Below, piece by piece: positions 37,807 to 47,871 of a stretch of DNA of 64,000 nucleotides. How positions within the stretch are numbered: the stretch's first letter is position 1; the number at the start of each line of letters is the position of its first letter. The DNA comes from Ignavibacteriales bacterium. GTDB lineage: Bacteria > Bacteroidota > Ignavibacteria > UBA10030 > UBA6906. The notes below the pieces were generated by a model, which was given only the letters and a program-made list of their open reading frames with translations, had not been told where the DNA came from and did no database searches. The position numbers and the translations under genes are program-made. Where the stretch lies: contig JBBIRR010000001.1 of assembly GCA_037441705.1 (NCBI GenBank), positions 128,001 to 192,000 on the forward strand. Reading direction: 5' to 3'.

Positions 37807-38996
37807 GCAGCAAAGTCGTTGCAGCTGTTGGATGATTTCCGTTCTACAACATTCCTCAACTCGTGGAGGCTTTCCGCGTTCCAGCGCTCGACAAAGCGAT
37901 ACGCAGCGCGAGCCAGTGAACGGGCACGAGCGGCATCGCGGGCGACATGCAACACGGCTTGCGCAAAATCGTCGGGCGAGTCTGCAACGAGAAACGCCTG
38001 CCCGGCTCCATCCTCAAGACCACGCGACCCGGCAGACGTTGTGACGACCGGCCTCCCGTAGCCAAGCGCCTCGATGGTCTTGATGCACAGTCCGGTGCTG
38101 AACTCAATGGGATTTACGACAATATCAGCCACTTCGTACAGAGAATCAAGATCATCCACCACGCCGTGCTTGATGCAGCCCTCGGCATCCGGCACGTTGT
38201 CACAAATCTGCCCGGCAAGGTGTAACATGGCGTGCGGTACTACGCGTCGAATGCGCGGAAACGTTTGTGCGAGAAAGGAACGAAGACCGTGAATGTTCGT
38301 CCCCGCATCCGAACCGATAAACAGGAGGTTCGCCTCATTTCTCTCTCGCGGAGGCAGGGCGCGAAGCGGAGCAATATGCCGGACGGTAATGACCGGCCTG
38401 GATGTGAGCCGCGAGAAATATTCCCTTTCCTGATCCTGAATTGCTACAACGACATCGGCGCGGTTCAAGGCTTTCGCTTCTTCCTTCGCGGTAGTACAGT
38501 ACCATCCGTAGTCTTGCCCCGCTTTGCGATACAGCATGTGTCGCCTGGTGAATACGTCGTGCGTGTCGATGATCTTCAGAACGCTATCGTCGAAACAGTC
38601 CAACGCTTTCGACCAAAAGATATATTCGACAATCACCACATCGAAGCGTGTGGACTTCGCCAACTCTCGCAGGACGAGATCGAGCGCGTTGTCGTACCGA
38701 TAGTCCACCGGCTGGATTTCCAAGAATCCCGGCTCGAAGAGAAAACGCAAGCGGGAGATGTAGCGCCGGAGACTCCGCGGCGGATGACGATACGCGACAC
38801 GATAGAAATGCTTGCCCCACCACCGTGCCATCGCCTCCTCGTCCGCCTTCCATGGTTCGGTGTTCACGCAGAGAAAGTGCACTTCATGTCCCATGTCACG
38901 CAGACTTTGCAGCAGCCGCTGAATGCGCGTGCGGTTACCCGCGATCTGGGGGTGGGTGGGGATGGGTGAGATGAGGAGAATGCGGCGCCTCATCAT
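37803..38996 (-). CDS. Glycosyltransferase family 4-like
   Basis: ILLISP.PTHP..AGN; IDTHD; STGLCIKTIEALGYGRPVVTT. Confidence 0.88.
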   Translation of the reverse strand: MMRRRILLISPIPTHPQIAGNRTRIQRLLQSLRDMGHEVHFLCVNTEPWKADEEAMARWWGKHFYRVAYRHPPRSLRRYISRLRFLFEPGFLEIQPVDYRYDNALDLVLRELAKSTRFDVVIVEYIFWSKALDCFDDSVLKIIDTHDVFTRRHMLYRKAGQDYGWYCTTAKEEAKALNRADVVVAIQDQEREYFSRLTSRPVITVRHIAPLRALPPRERNEANLLFIGSDAGTNIHGLRSFLAQTFPRIRRVVPHAMLHLAGQICDNVPDAEGCIKHGVVDDLDSLYEVADIVVNPIEFSTGLCIKTIEALGYGRPVVTTSAGSRGLEDGAGQAFLVADSPDDFAQAVLHVARDAARARSLARAAYRFVERWNAESLHELRNVVERKSSNSCNDFAA

Positions 38997-40258
38997 CGCT
39001 TCCCGCTCAGGTGATTCTGTATCAAGGACTTCAGTACGTCAAGTGTCTCGCGAATCATCCGGTCTTCCGAAAACTGCTGCACCCTTGCCTCCGCAGCGAT
39101 GGCCATCGCCCTCATCTGGTCAGGATGGGTTAACGCCCATTGGAGCGCTTCTGCCCAACCGTGCACGTCGCTTGCGGACACGATCAGACCGTCTACGCGA
39201 TGACGAATGACTTCGGGGATTCCTCCTACATCCGAGGCAACAACAGGAACTCGCTGTGCCATGGCTTCGAGTATGGTAAACGGCAGCCCTTCGAATTCTG
39301 TGGGCAATACAAAAAGATCTGCCGCGCGCATCAGGCGCGGCACATCCGACCGATATCCGAGAAAGAGAACGTTGCTGGCGATGCGATGCTCGGCCGCTTC
39401 TCTTGCAATGCACTCTTTATCTTTTCCCTCCCCCACCCATACACAACACACGTGGGAAAAATCTCGGATGATATCGGGTAGCACACGAACGAGAAGCCCA
39501 AAGCCTTTCGTCAACTCCAATCGGGCAACCGTGAGAAGCATGATCGAACGATCCGACAGGCCAAGTTCCGCTCGGACCTCCTCACGAACGGTGGCCGCAT
39601 CATCACGAGGGCTTGGCGATGTCAGACGAATCCCATTATAGATTCTGACAACTTCGTCTTTATCCAGGCCGAAGGTCTGACTGATAAGCGACCGGTTGAA
39701 ATCGGACACTGTGACCCAGCGCTGACGACGTTGTCGCGCCCAGTGGTAAACTCTTCGCTTCGCTGCGCGAAAGGCGAAAGGAAAAGGATACCCATGAAAA
39801 ACGACAGCCGTGGGGACGTTCACAACGGCACATCCGGCAATTATGCCAAGCCCGAAGGTTCCCCAGCATATGTTCAGAAGGACAACATCAGGTTGTACAC
39901 TTCGCAGGAGTTTCACCGTCCGCATCAACTGCGAGACCGTGCGCTGAACTTCGGCAAGCCGATGAAAGGTTCGCTCAACGCCTCTGAGCATTCGTCGAAC
40001 CACACTGCGCTCCCGCGGTCGTTCGTGTTTCCACGTGTGCTCGGTTTGCAGCACTGCAAAATGTTGTAGCGGGAGACGAAACGTATGGCACGCGATCCCA
40101 TCGTGCGTCAGTTCCTCGACCAACGGTAGCGTCTGCGGGGTCTCGGTCACAGCAGCATGAACATCCCATCCCTGAATGCAGGCGCGTGCAATGGTCTGCG
40201 CGTACTTTTCGGCACCTCCGCGTTCCACCGCAGGTATGATGACCAGAAGCTTCTTCAT
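38993..40258 (-). CDS. Glycosyltransferase family 4
   Basis: RGGAE; IYNGI; VARL...KG; EGLPFTILEAMA..VPVVASDVGG. Start at MKKLLV, with an ATGA overlap. Confidence 0.92.
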   Translation of the reverse strand: MKKLLVIIPAVERGGAEKYAQTIARACIQGWDVHAAVTETPQTLPLVEELTHDGIACHTFRLPLQHFAVLQTEHTWKHERPRERSVVRRMLRGVERTFHRLAEVQRTVSQLMRTVKLLRSVQPDVVLLNICWGTFGLGIIAGCAVVNVPTAVVFHGYPFPFAFRAAKRRVYHWARQRRQRWVTVSDFNRSLISQTFGLDKDEVVRIYNGIRLTSPSPRDDAATVREEVRAELGLSDRSIMLLTVARLELTKGFGLLVRVLPDIIRDFSHVCCVWVGEGKDKECIAREAAEHRIASNVLFLGYRSDVPRLMRAADLFVLPTEFEGLPFTILEAMAQRVPVVASDVGGIPEVIRHRVDGLIVSASDVHGWAEALQWALTHPDQMRAMAIAAEARVQQFSEDRMIRETLDVLKSLIQNHLSGKR

Positions 40259-41283
40259 TGCTTCGAACCTGCAAGCCATTGCAGCATCTGGCGTTCGAAC
40301 TGTTCTCCGTTCCAATCCAAAACAGAGAATCGAGGGAGTTGGAAGCAATCCATCCCTATCGTGACAGGGCTGTGCGTGACAGAACACGCAGCCACGTAGC
40401 CTTCGTTCCGTACGATTGCAGCTGTTTCATCCGTGTAGCGGCCAAAGGGATAGGAGAATGTGGTTATCTCCTGCTTCAGAAGCTCGCGAAGATACGACCT
40501 GCTTTCTCGGATCTCGTGCCGCTGCTGTTCCAGGGGTAGTTCCGTGAGCAGGGCGTGGGTGACCGTATGCGCGCCAATGCTGACAAGCCCTCCATCGGCC
40601 AACGTACATACTTCCTGGGGAGTGAGCGAACGGTGGCTTTCGCGCAGGCTGGGTTCGGTTGCTGCCCACGATTGGATCTCTGTCAGCAACTGCGTTCGGT
40701 GCTGATGCGGTACAGAGCGGAGTTTTTCCCACACGGCGTAGTAGAACTGCGTGCGCCGACTGGGCTCGCGCGTGTGCCTGCAATCGTGATGGTACTCCTC
40801 TTCACTGTAGACTTCGGCTCCTCCGAGGTCCCAGGTCCACTCCCCATCGCGAAGCGTGAGCCTCGATGGCAATCTACCGGGACGCAGCAGTGCTTGCTCT
40901 AATTCATCCCACCAGTACTCTTTGCGGGCGCCGAGATACCCTGTCGTCACAAAGACCGTCGCCGGGATTTCGTATCGTTCGAGGATGGGTTTGGCCTGAT
41001 ACAGGTTGTTTGCGTATCCATCATCGAAGGACACGACAACCGAGCGGTCCGCTAAACGTCCCTGATCCAAAGCGACCGGGAGTTCATGAAGATGAATGGG
41101 CCGCGCCCGCGTGCGGAGGATTCTCATCTGCATATCAAAATGTTCCGGGCTCACTCGGAGATACCACGGGTCGGCGTCAAGGTCACCCACCCGATGATAC
41201 ATGAGAATGATCGCGCGCGGCTGCTGCAATCCTCTGAAGTTCTGCTTCACCCACTGCAGGCGTGTAAGGCCGGGTACTCTCAT
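40255..41283 (-). CDS. Polysaccharide deacetylase (CE4/NodB)
   Basis: ILMYHRV; VSFDDGY; IGAHTVTH; FSYPFG; LPR. Start at MRVPGL, with an ATGA overlap. Confidence 0.92.
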   Translation of the reverse strand: MRVPGLTRLQWVKQNFRGLQQPRAIILMYHRVGDLDADPWYLRVSPEHFDMQMRILRTRARPIHLHELPVALDQGRLADRSVVVSFDDGYANNLYQAKPILERYEIPATVFVTTGYLGARKEYWWDELEQALLRPGRLPSRLTLRDGEWTWDLGGAEVYSEEEYHHDCRHTREPSRRTQFYYAVWEKLRSVPHQHRTQLLTEIQSWAATEPSLRESHRSLTPQEVCTLADGGLVSIGAHTVTHALLTELPLEQQRHEIRESRSYLRELLKQEITTFSYPFGRYTDETAAIVRNEGYVAACSVTHSPVTIGMDCFQLPRFSVLDWNGEQFERQMLQWLAGSKQ

Positions 41284-42185
41284 CGCGACAAACTCCTTTG
41301 AATCCGATCCTTCAGGCGCCGGACTTGTGCCGAGAGCCGCACGAGACGCGGATGCCGATACGGGAATAGCATACCTCGCACGATCTCCCACGTTGAAGTA
41401 TGCTTCAGCCCGTTTGCTGCGAGATAGCTTTCCAGCCAGAGCAAGAACATCTTGCGTGTTGATGCCCACAGTCCGGCCTGATGCGATTGCGTTGTACACG
41501 CTTTCTCGTGCTGGCGGTATCGGTACCAGCATTCGCTCGAAACAAACACAGGAAACCGCGCGCAGAGCTTGGCGTGAAACGCTTGATCTTCATACATGCC
41601 GCGAAACATATCGTCGTATCCCCCTACCGTCTCGATGGCGCTGCGTCGAACCATGATATCACACAGGCTCGCCCATTCATCCTGCAAGAACATATCCAGC
41701 ACAGCCGGTGGTTGGATTACGGTATCGAGGGGGACACTGTACTTCTGTAGAAAGTCTCGACTCTGATCTTCGGGCTTTCGCGTCCAGCTATACCACCACT
41801 CCGTGCGGCCACAAACAAGCGCGGCCTCGGGCTGAGAGGTGAGAATCTCCACCTGTCGCTCGAGTTTGTGCGGAAGCCACACATCGTCGGCATCAATGAA
41901 CGAGATGAACGTCCCACGAGAGCGGGCGATACCCAGGTTTCGCGACGCACTCATCCCGCGATTCAGGTGTCCATCATGTTCGAGATAGATAAAGCGTGAT
42001 GGATCGGATGCCACATAGCTTCGAGCGATCGCGCTGCTGCTATCGGTCGATCCATCATCCACCAACAGCAGCTCCCAATCTTGAAACGATTGCTTCACGA
42101 CACTCTCGATTGCTTCGCGAAGAAACTCCTCTCCGTTAAGAAAGATCAACACAACTGAGACGTGAGGTGTCCGGGCTGCGTTCAT
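41280..42185 (-). CDS. Glycosyltransferase family 2
   Basis: VDDGSTD; SRNLGI; FIDADDVW...KLERQ; ED. Confidence 0.92.
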   Translation of the reverse strand: MNAARTPHVSVVLIFLNGEEFLREAIESVVKQSFQDWELLLVDDGSTDSSSAIARSYVASDPSRFIYLEHDGHLNRGMSASRNLGIARSRGTFISFIDADDVWLPHKLERQVEILTSQPEAALVCGRTEWWYSWTRKPEDQSRDFLQKYSVPLDTVIQPPAVLDMFLQDEWASLCDIMVRRSAIETVGGYDDMFRGMYEDQAFHAKLCARFPVFVSSECWYRYRQHEKACTTQSHQAGLWASTRKMFLLWLESYLAANGLKHTSTWEIVRGMLFPYRHPRLVRLSAQVRRLKDRIQRSLSR

Positions 42186-44119
42186 ATTGCCTTCCAATCG
42201 CTGGGGGTTGTACCAAGCGCACGCAACAGCGCAGATTCGAAGTAGGCGAAGGAGTGGACTTCCGCAATGTAGCGCTGGGCTTGTCTTCCGACGCCTTCTT
42301 TGTCGAACCTGCCCGTCACAACCTGTTCGATTGCTCCGGAGAAGAGGTCAAGCGTTTCGGCATCGCTGCCATCGCCGGACCTCTCGCCTACGAAAATCCC
42401 GAATCTCTTTGTCAGGTCATCTGGATTGAGCGCGGCGATGCAGGGTTTCGCAAACGCAAATCCCTCCAGCATCGCCACGGGCACCCCTTCGTGGATGCTG
42501 GTGTTGATGGTTGCCCACGCCGTCTTCAACAGCTTTTCCTTTTCTGCACCATCCACTCTTCCCAGAACTTTCAGATTAGGAATATCCCGATAGCGGGCGA
42601 GAATGGGGTTCATGATATGAGGATGGTGTGTTGTACCAGCGAGAAAGAAATCGCAGTGCGGGAACCGCCGTGCCAGTTCACAAAACACCCACGGACGCTT
42701 GATCGGGTCGAGGCGAGCAAGAAAAAGGAAACTGGGACGTTCGGAAGACGACGGCGCCCCGGGGGCAACAGGAATCGGCTTGGGCCAATGAAACGCCTCT
42801 ATGTGATCGAGGCCATAGAGCCGCCGCGCGATTTCGGCGAGATGGTTCGCCTCTGCGGCAAACAGCACCTTGCGACCGTAGGCGCGGCTGAGGTCCAGCA
42901 TCCGTCGCAAGGATTCGCCTCGGCGCTCTCCCTGTTCAATCAACTCGTCTACGGTGGTCGCACCCCATACCTCGATTTCCAGCGCAATCGTCCCAAGCTT
43001 GGCCCATACCTCCCGGTCTTTTGGGTCTTTGATCCAAATAATCCATGGGATGTAAGGAAAATGTTGCAGGTAGAATTCGTAGGATGGATAGTGATCAACA
43101 CCGACCCAGAGGTTCGTTCCGCGCCGAACAACGAGCTGTGTACATTGGAGGTGCGCTTTCACGCCCGGCCACCGCGGGAGAAATACAAGCTCGGCATTGT
43201 GATATTTCTTCATCGTAACCCGGGCAACATCTTTGCGTTCGCAAATGAAAACATCGCCCCGCAGCGGTCCAACATGCGTGTTCATGTGGTCTGTCACGTA
43301 CTTCAAGGTCATGCCGTATCCCCCGAAGGGCATCAAGTCCGGATGACTGAACTCGTCGCTCAAGAACCCGATATGCCACGATCGCCGCTGTCGCCCGATC
43401 TGTCGCGCCCTAAAGAGGAAGCGGCCGGCTTGAACAATCAACAACCCGATCAGTTTCTTCACGTTTTCCTTCATTCCCTCCGATGGTGTTCTCTGAGGAG
43501 GGACAACGCCGCGGTGGAGAAGTTCCTGCCAGGTCACTTTCGCGTTGCCGAGAACCTTCGCCCTCACCGACCGCCTTCCGAGGACGTAGTGCACGGCGAA
43601 TCGGTGATGTCCATGTTTGATGACATAGTAGTCGCTGCCGGCAATCTTCGCCACACTCAAGAATTCCTCCGGCACGGACGGATCATTCGAGGCATGTCGG
43701 GCAGGCGTTCCGTTCTTTATCGCGCGGTAAAGATCGAGAAAGACTTGCGCGCGCTCGATTACGCGTTCCGGCTGTGTAATGCCGAAGAACGAGCCGAAGA
43801 CCGCAATATCCTCGCAGCCGTGCTTGTAGTAGTCCGTTTTGGTGAAGCGTTCGAGATCGATCGTTGCTGCGCTCCTGAATTCCCGGAGGAACTTCACATG
43901 GGGAGAGTGATCGAGCAGGCAGTGCTTGCGTTCAGTGAATCCGCCCGTCAACAGTTTGTCAAGAGGGATGCGGCGCGCTGTCAGCCGAAAAACGAATCGG
44001 TGCCACATACGTATCCACCGCTGAAACGTTTTTGCGTGACCGAGGCGATAGGCAGTTCGCTGCAGCGCCCATATCGGATCAGCCGCTGCTCGCTGCACAT
44101 ATGTGGCAAGTGGTTTCAT
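42182..44119 (-). CDS. Fusion: N-terminal ParB/Srx-like domain plus C-terminal GT4 glycosyltransferase
   Basis: The N-terminal ~200 aa end in YYVIKHGHHRFAVHYVLG..V.A.V. The C-terminal part has GGYG, FLARLDPIKRP, NTSIHEGVPVAMLEG. Confidence 0.75.
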   Translation of the reverse strand: MKPLATYVQRAAADPIWALQRTAYRLGHAKTFQRWIRMWHRFVFRLTARRIPLDKLLTGGFTERKHCLLDHSPHVKFLREFRSAATIDLERFTKTDYYKHGCEDIAVFGSFFGITQPERVIERAQVFLDLYRAIKNGTPARHASNDPSVPEEFLSVAKIAGSDYYVIKHGHHRFAVHYVLGRRSVRAKVLGNAKVTWQELLHRGVVPPQRTPSEGMKENVKKLIGLLIVQAGRFLFRARQIGRQRRSWHIGFLSDEFSHPDLMPFGGYGMTLKYVTDHMNTHVGPLRGDVFICERKDVARVTMKKYHNAELVFLPRWPGVKAHLQCTQLVVRRGTNLWVGVDHYPSYEFYLQHFPYIPWIIWIKDPKDREVWAKLGTIALEIEVWGATTVDELIEQGERRGESLRRMLDLSRAYGRKVLFAAEANHLAEIARRLYGLDHIEAFHWPKPIPVAPGAPSSSERPSFLFLARLDPIKRPWVFCELARRFPHCDFFLAGTTHHPHIMNPILARYRDIPNLKVLGRVDGAEKEKLLKTAWATINTSIHEGVPVAMLEGFAFAKPCIAALNPDDLTKRFGIFVGERSGDGSDAETLDLFSGAIEQVVTGRFDKEGVGRQAQRYIAEVHSFAYFESALLRALGTTPSDWKAI

Positions 44120-44145
44120 GGACGTGTACTTGAAAGCAAGATGGG

Positions 44146-45303
44146 TTAGTTACGTAACACCGAACTGTAGTGTGCTTCCAGCACGTTCAGCTCCTTGTCA
44201 ATGTCATGGTATGTTTCGATAAACGCACGCCCAACTCGTCCCATCTGTGCCCACATCTCCTGGTGGTCGATCAACTGCACGACGTTGGCGGCCATTGCTT
44301 CACAATCCCGTTCCGGCGAGAGGAGAGCACTCTGGCCAGGCACGACAACGTTCGGAATGTCTGCGTGAAGAGTACTGACAACGGGGATTTCCATTGCCTG
44401 GGCTTCGAGGATTGTTGTGGGCGCGCCGCCTTCACTGTTTCCGTCATCAGCGGTAATACTGTGGTGCAGATAGATGTCGGCCTTGCTCATCTCTTCAAGA
44501 TAGGCATGGTGATTCAACGGCCCGAGAAGTCGAACGCAGTCGTGCATGCGATGATCACGGATGAAATTTTCGATTGCCGGTTTCATTACGCCATCACCGA
44601 CAATGCGGAACTCAAACGTTTTTCCCTGCTGCCGCACGAGGTCGAGCGCCTTCAGCGCGTATAGGACGCCCTTCTTCTCCACCAGCCGACCGCAAAAGAA
44701 AAAAACGGGCGGTTCATTGTGCTTTTTCGGCATGCGTGCACGAAAGGGGGTTTTGGAAAGCGGTATGCCAATTCTCTGAATACCGACCTTCTCCGCTGAG
44801 GCTCCCATGGCAACGAGACGTGACTTCATAAACTCTCCCTCTACAAGAAAGCGCGCCCCTTCCTGAAAGAGCCGCTTGTACTTCTCGCGCCATTCTTCTT
44901 GCTCAGCATAGCGTGAGACGTCGTACCCGTAGAAGCTGGTGATAATCGGGATCCTCTGTTTGCCCCTCAGCTCCAACGCTTGCCAGCCCCGTGGTCCAAA
45001 ATGAGCATGAATGAGCCGTACCTCGCGGCGTTTGAGGATTTCTTCACTCAAGGACAATGACCGACCGCTGAGACGGCGACCGATACCGCGCCGAAACCAA
45101 CGCCAGGAGTATTTTTGAGGGGCGCGCAAGGGGAGTGTATAGGCGTCACGTTCCGGAATCCGATAGTGCGTCAAAGGACGGAACTCTTCCGCAAAGTACA
45201 CGTTCCGGAATCGCCTCAATCGCAAAAGGAATTCATAGATGAAAGGCTGAATCTCTAGAAAAAAGCAATCGTTCATCTGAGCAACGACGGGCCTGGTGTT
45301 CAT
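44146..45303 (-). CDS. GT4 glycosyltransferase, WcaL-like
   Basis: IHAHFG; SFYGYD; GRLVEKKG; SITADDGNSEGGAPTTILEAQA. Confidence 0.92.
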   Translation of the reverse strand: MNTRPVVAQMNDCFFLEIQPFIYEFLLRLRRFRNVYFAEEFRPLTHYRIPERDAYTLPLRAPQKYSWRWFRRGIGRRLSGRSLSLSEEILKRREVRLIHAHFGPRGWQALELRGKQRIPIITSFYGYDVSRYAEQEEWREKYKRLFQEGARFLVEGEFMKSRLVAMGASAEKVGIQRIGIPLSKTPFRARMPKKHNEPPVFFFCGRLVEKKGVLYALKALDLVRQQGKTFEFRIVGDGVMKPAIENFIRDHRMHDCVRLLGPLNHHAYLEEMSKADIYLHHSITADDGNSEGGAPTTILEAQAMEIPVVSTLHADIPNVVVPGQSALLSPERDCEAMAANVVQLIDHQEMWAQMGRVGRAFIETYHDIDKELNVLEAHYSSVLRN

Positions 45304-45309
45304 TCTGCA

Positions 45310-46500
45310 TCACCCATCTCGTTGAAGGATTGACCGCACCGCACGGATAACATCATCTACGTCTTGATCCGAGAGCTTTGGGGAGAGCGGCAAGGAGACG
45401 GTCCGATCCGAAATCCACTCCGCATTCGGAAAATCGCCTCGCCGGTAGCCGAAGGTTTTCCGATAAAAGGGATGCAGGTGGAGAGCAATGTAATGCACGC
45501 CGACGCCGATCCGTGCCTCCGTCATCTTCTGAAGAAAGACGCCACGTCGCATTTTGCATCGTTGGATATCCAACAACAGGGTGTAGAGATGGAACGCATG
45601 ACGTGTGTTCGGCTCAGGATCCCGCGGAAGAATCACAGGTAAGTCGGCAAACGCTTCGTTGTAGCGCAGCCAGATCTGTTGCCGCCTCTGCCAGTACCGA
45701 TTGACACGCGGCAACTGATGGATGCCGATGGCCGCCTGGATATCCATCATGTTGTATTTGAATCCGGCATGAACCACCTTGTAGTGCTTGTAGCCTGCAT
45801 CGCTGAAACGACGCCAGGCATCTTTGCTCATGCCGTGCAGCGCCAGCACCTTGATGCGCTCCGCATAAGCCTTTCGGCGGGTAATGACCATCCCTCCTTC
45901 GCCAGTTACGATGTTCTTCGTGACGTAAAAACTGAAGCAGCCTAAGTCGCCAAATGTCCCGGCGTGCTTGCCGTGATATTCTGTCTCGATTGCATGTGCG
46001 CAATCCTCAATCACTTTCAATCGGTGTTTGCGCGCCAGAGCCATAATGTCATCCATGTCGCAGGGCCGTCCTGCGAAGTGCACGGGGATGACGGCCCGTG
46101 ACCGTGAAGTTATCTTGCGCGCAAGATCATCAGGCGAGATGTTCTGCGTGTCCCGTTCACAGTCCACGAAGACGGGTCGGCCGCCTGCATGGATCACCGC
46201 ATTGGCGGTTGCGGCAAACGTCATTGCCGGCACAAGCACCTCATCGCCTGGCCGCACTCCGATGGCAAGAAGCGAGAGATGCAGGGCAGCCGTGCACGAG
46301 TTGAGCGCAAGGCCGTATGGACTTCCCTTGTATTGCGCAAACATTTCCTCAAACTGCTTGACCTTGGGTCCGGTTCCGAGCCATCCCGACTGCAATGAGC
46401 GCGTAACTTCTGCAATTTCCTCAGCCTCTATGAGCGGATTCCCAAATATCAGGAACGTGCTTCTTTTTGTTGGCGGCGTTGGTTGTGCTCGACCTGACAT
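45310..46500 (-). CDS. DegT/DnrJ/EryC1/StrS sugar aminotransferase
   Basis: SGWLGTGP; NSCTAALH; EDCAHA; FSFYVTKN..TGEGG. Start at MSGRAQ, with AGGAG RBS. Confidence 0.95.
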   Translation of the reverse strand: MSGRAQPTPPTKRSTFLIFGNPLIEAEEIAEVTRSLQSGWLGTGPKVKQFEEMFAQYKGSPYGLALNSCTAALHLSLLAIGVRPGDEVLVPAMTFAATANAVIHAGGRPVFVDCERDTQNISPDDLARKITSRSRAVIPVHFAGRPCDMDDIMALARKHRLKVIEDCAHAIETEYHGKHAGTFGDLGCFSFYVTKNIVTGEGGMVITRRKAYAERIKVLALHGMSKDAWRRFSDAGYKHYKVVHAGFKYNMMDIQAAIGIHQLPRVNRYWQRRQQIWLRYNEAFADLPVILPRDPEPNTRHAFHLYTLLLDIQRCKMRRGVFLQKMTEARIGVGVHYIALHLHPFYRKTFGYRRGDFPNAEWISDRTVSLPLSPKLSDQDVDDVIRAVRSILQRDG

Positions 46501-46513
46501 GGAAACTCCTGAA

Positions 46514-47815
46514 TCAATGAACCTCAACGGTTTCGGGCACACTCCACTGATAGTCAAAATGGAGATACCCTTTAGCCCACGTATAATGGCCTGCACTTCT
46601 TTGGTTGCCGGAGGTAGGACGAATGCTGAAGAAGGCAGCCTCCGGGAGATGGTCCTGCCGCGCTCCATCTCCGAAGAGACGCAGCATGAGGACATACTCG
46701 CCTGAACGCAAGTAGTTCGGATCGAATCGAAGCTGAATGCTGTAGCGACCGGGATCGAACCGATGAGAAAACTCCGGCGAGGCGACGGTAAAGAGTTTGA
46801 TCTCCTCTTTCAGTGTCTTGATCGTGCAGCCCAGCTGCAGATGCTCCAGCGGTTCGTCCACACGAAAGCCGAGTTCGACAACGAACGGCTCCTGTTCATA
46901 GACTGAAGGCGTTTCTTCTCCCTTACTATTGACAAGGCGAACCCATTCGTACCGTGCCTTGGTGCCGACAATACTCTCATCGCGTTCAAGGTCAATCAGA
47001 GAGGCTCTGCTCTTTCGCTCGACCTGTGCCTCTATGTGCTGGACATACTGCCGCACCACCTCATTCGTAGGACCAGAGGCAACAATCTGCCCCGCTTCGA
47101 GCATGAAGCTACGCTGGGTTAGGTTGAGAATGGAGGACATGTTATGACTGACGAACAACAGTGTGCGTCCTTCACTGGCAACGCTCTCCATTTTTCCGAG
47201 GCATTTCCGTTGAAAAGCAAGATCGCCAACGGCCAGCACTTCATCCACAATGAGAATCTCCGGCTCGAGGTGTGCTGCCACGGCGAACGCCAGCCGCACA
47301 TACATGCCGGACGAGTACCGCTTCACGGGCGTGTCGAGGAATTTCTCTACCTCCGCGAACGCAACAATCTCATCGAACTTCTTCTTGATCTCGGCCTTGC
47401 TCATTCCTAATACAGCACCATTCATGAAGATGTTCTCGCGTCCGGTCAATTCAGGATGAAAGCCCGTTCCAACTTCCAGCAGACTGGCGACGCGTCCTTT
47501 GATGCGGATGCGTCCCGTGGTCGGCTCGGTGACGCGGCTGAAAATTTTCAGCAGCGTGGATTTGCCGGCACCGTTCCTGCCGATGACGCCGATCCGCTCG
47601 CCCTGCCGGATTTCCAGCGATATGTTCTTCAAAGCCCAGAATTCTTCCCGCGTGGAATACATCCCGCCTGCGTGCTGCGGCGAACGAACTTTGCGCAACA
47701 GCGTCTGCGCTGCAGCCGAGAGGGCATCCTTGAGTGTCGGATTCCGGTTCTGCTGACGGTGGACAAGGATATATTTTTTTCCCACGTTCTCGACGCAGAT
47801 AACGGGTTCAGCCAT
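46514..47815 (-). CDS. wzt: Polysaccharide ABC transporter ATPase with C-terminal carbohydrate-binding domain
   Basis: EFWAL; GRNGAGKST; YSSGMYVRLAF; VDEVLAVGD; about 170 aa Wzt_C extension. Confidence 0.95.
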   Translation of the reverse strand: MAEPVICVENVGKKYILVHRQQNRNPTLKDALSAAAQTLLRKVRSPQHAGGMYSTREEFWALKNISLEIRQGERIGVIGRNGAGKSTLLKIFSRVTEPTTGRIRIKGRVASLLEVGTGFHPELTGRENIFMNGAVLGMSKAEIKKKFDEIVAFAEVEKFLDTPVKRYSSGMYVRLAFAVAAHLEPEILIVDEVLAVGDLAFQRKCLGKMESVASEGRTLLFVSHNMSSILNLTQRSFMLEAGQIVASGPTNEVVRQYVQHIEAQVERKSRASLIDLERDESIVGTKARYEWVRLVNSKGEETPSVYEQEPFVVELGFRVDEPLEHLQLGCTIKTLKEEIKLFTVASPEFSHRFDPGRYSIQLRFDPNYLRSGEYVLMLRLFGDGARQDHLPEAAFFSIRPTSGNQRSAGHYTWAKGYLHFDYQWSVPETVEVH

Positions 47816-47871
47816 GGCGCAAGCACAGCAAACAACGACAGGGTCTGGAAAGAGTTCGAATCATGATTCGC

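Noticed and set aside
42167-44149. 660-aa plus-strand ORF
   Set aside because: It lies fully antisense to the ParB-like-GT4 gene and has no recognisable motifs. Long shadow ORFs are common throughout this GC-rich window.
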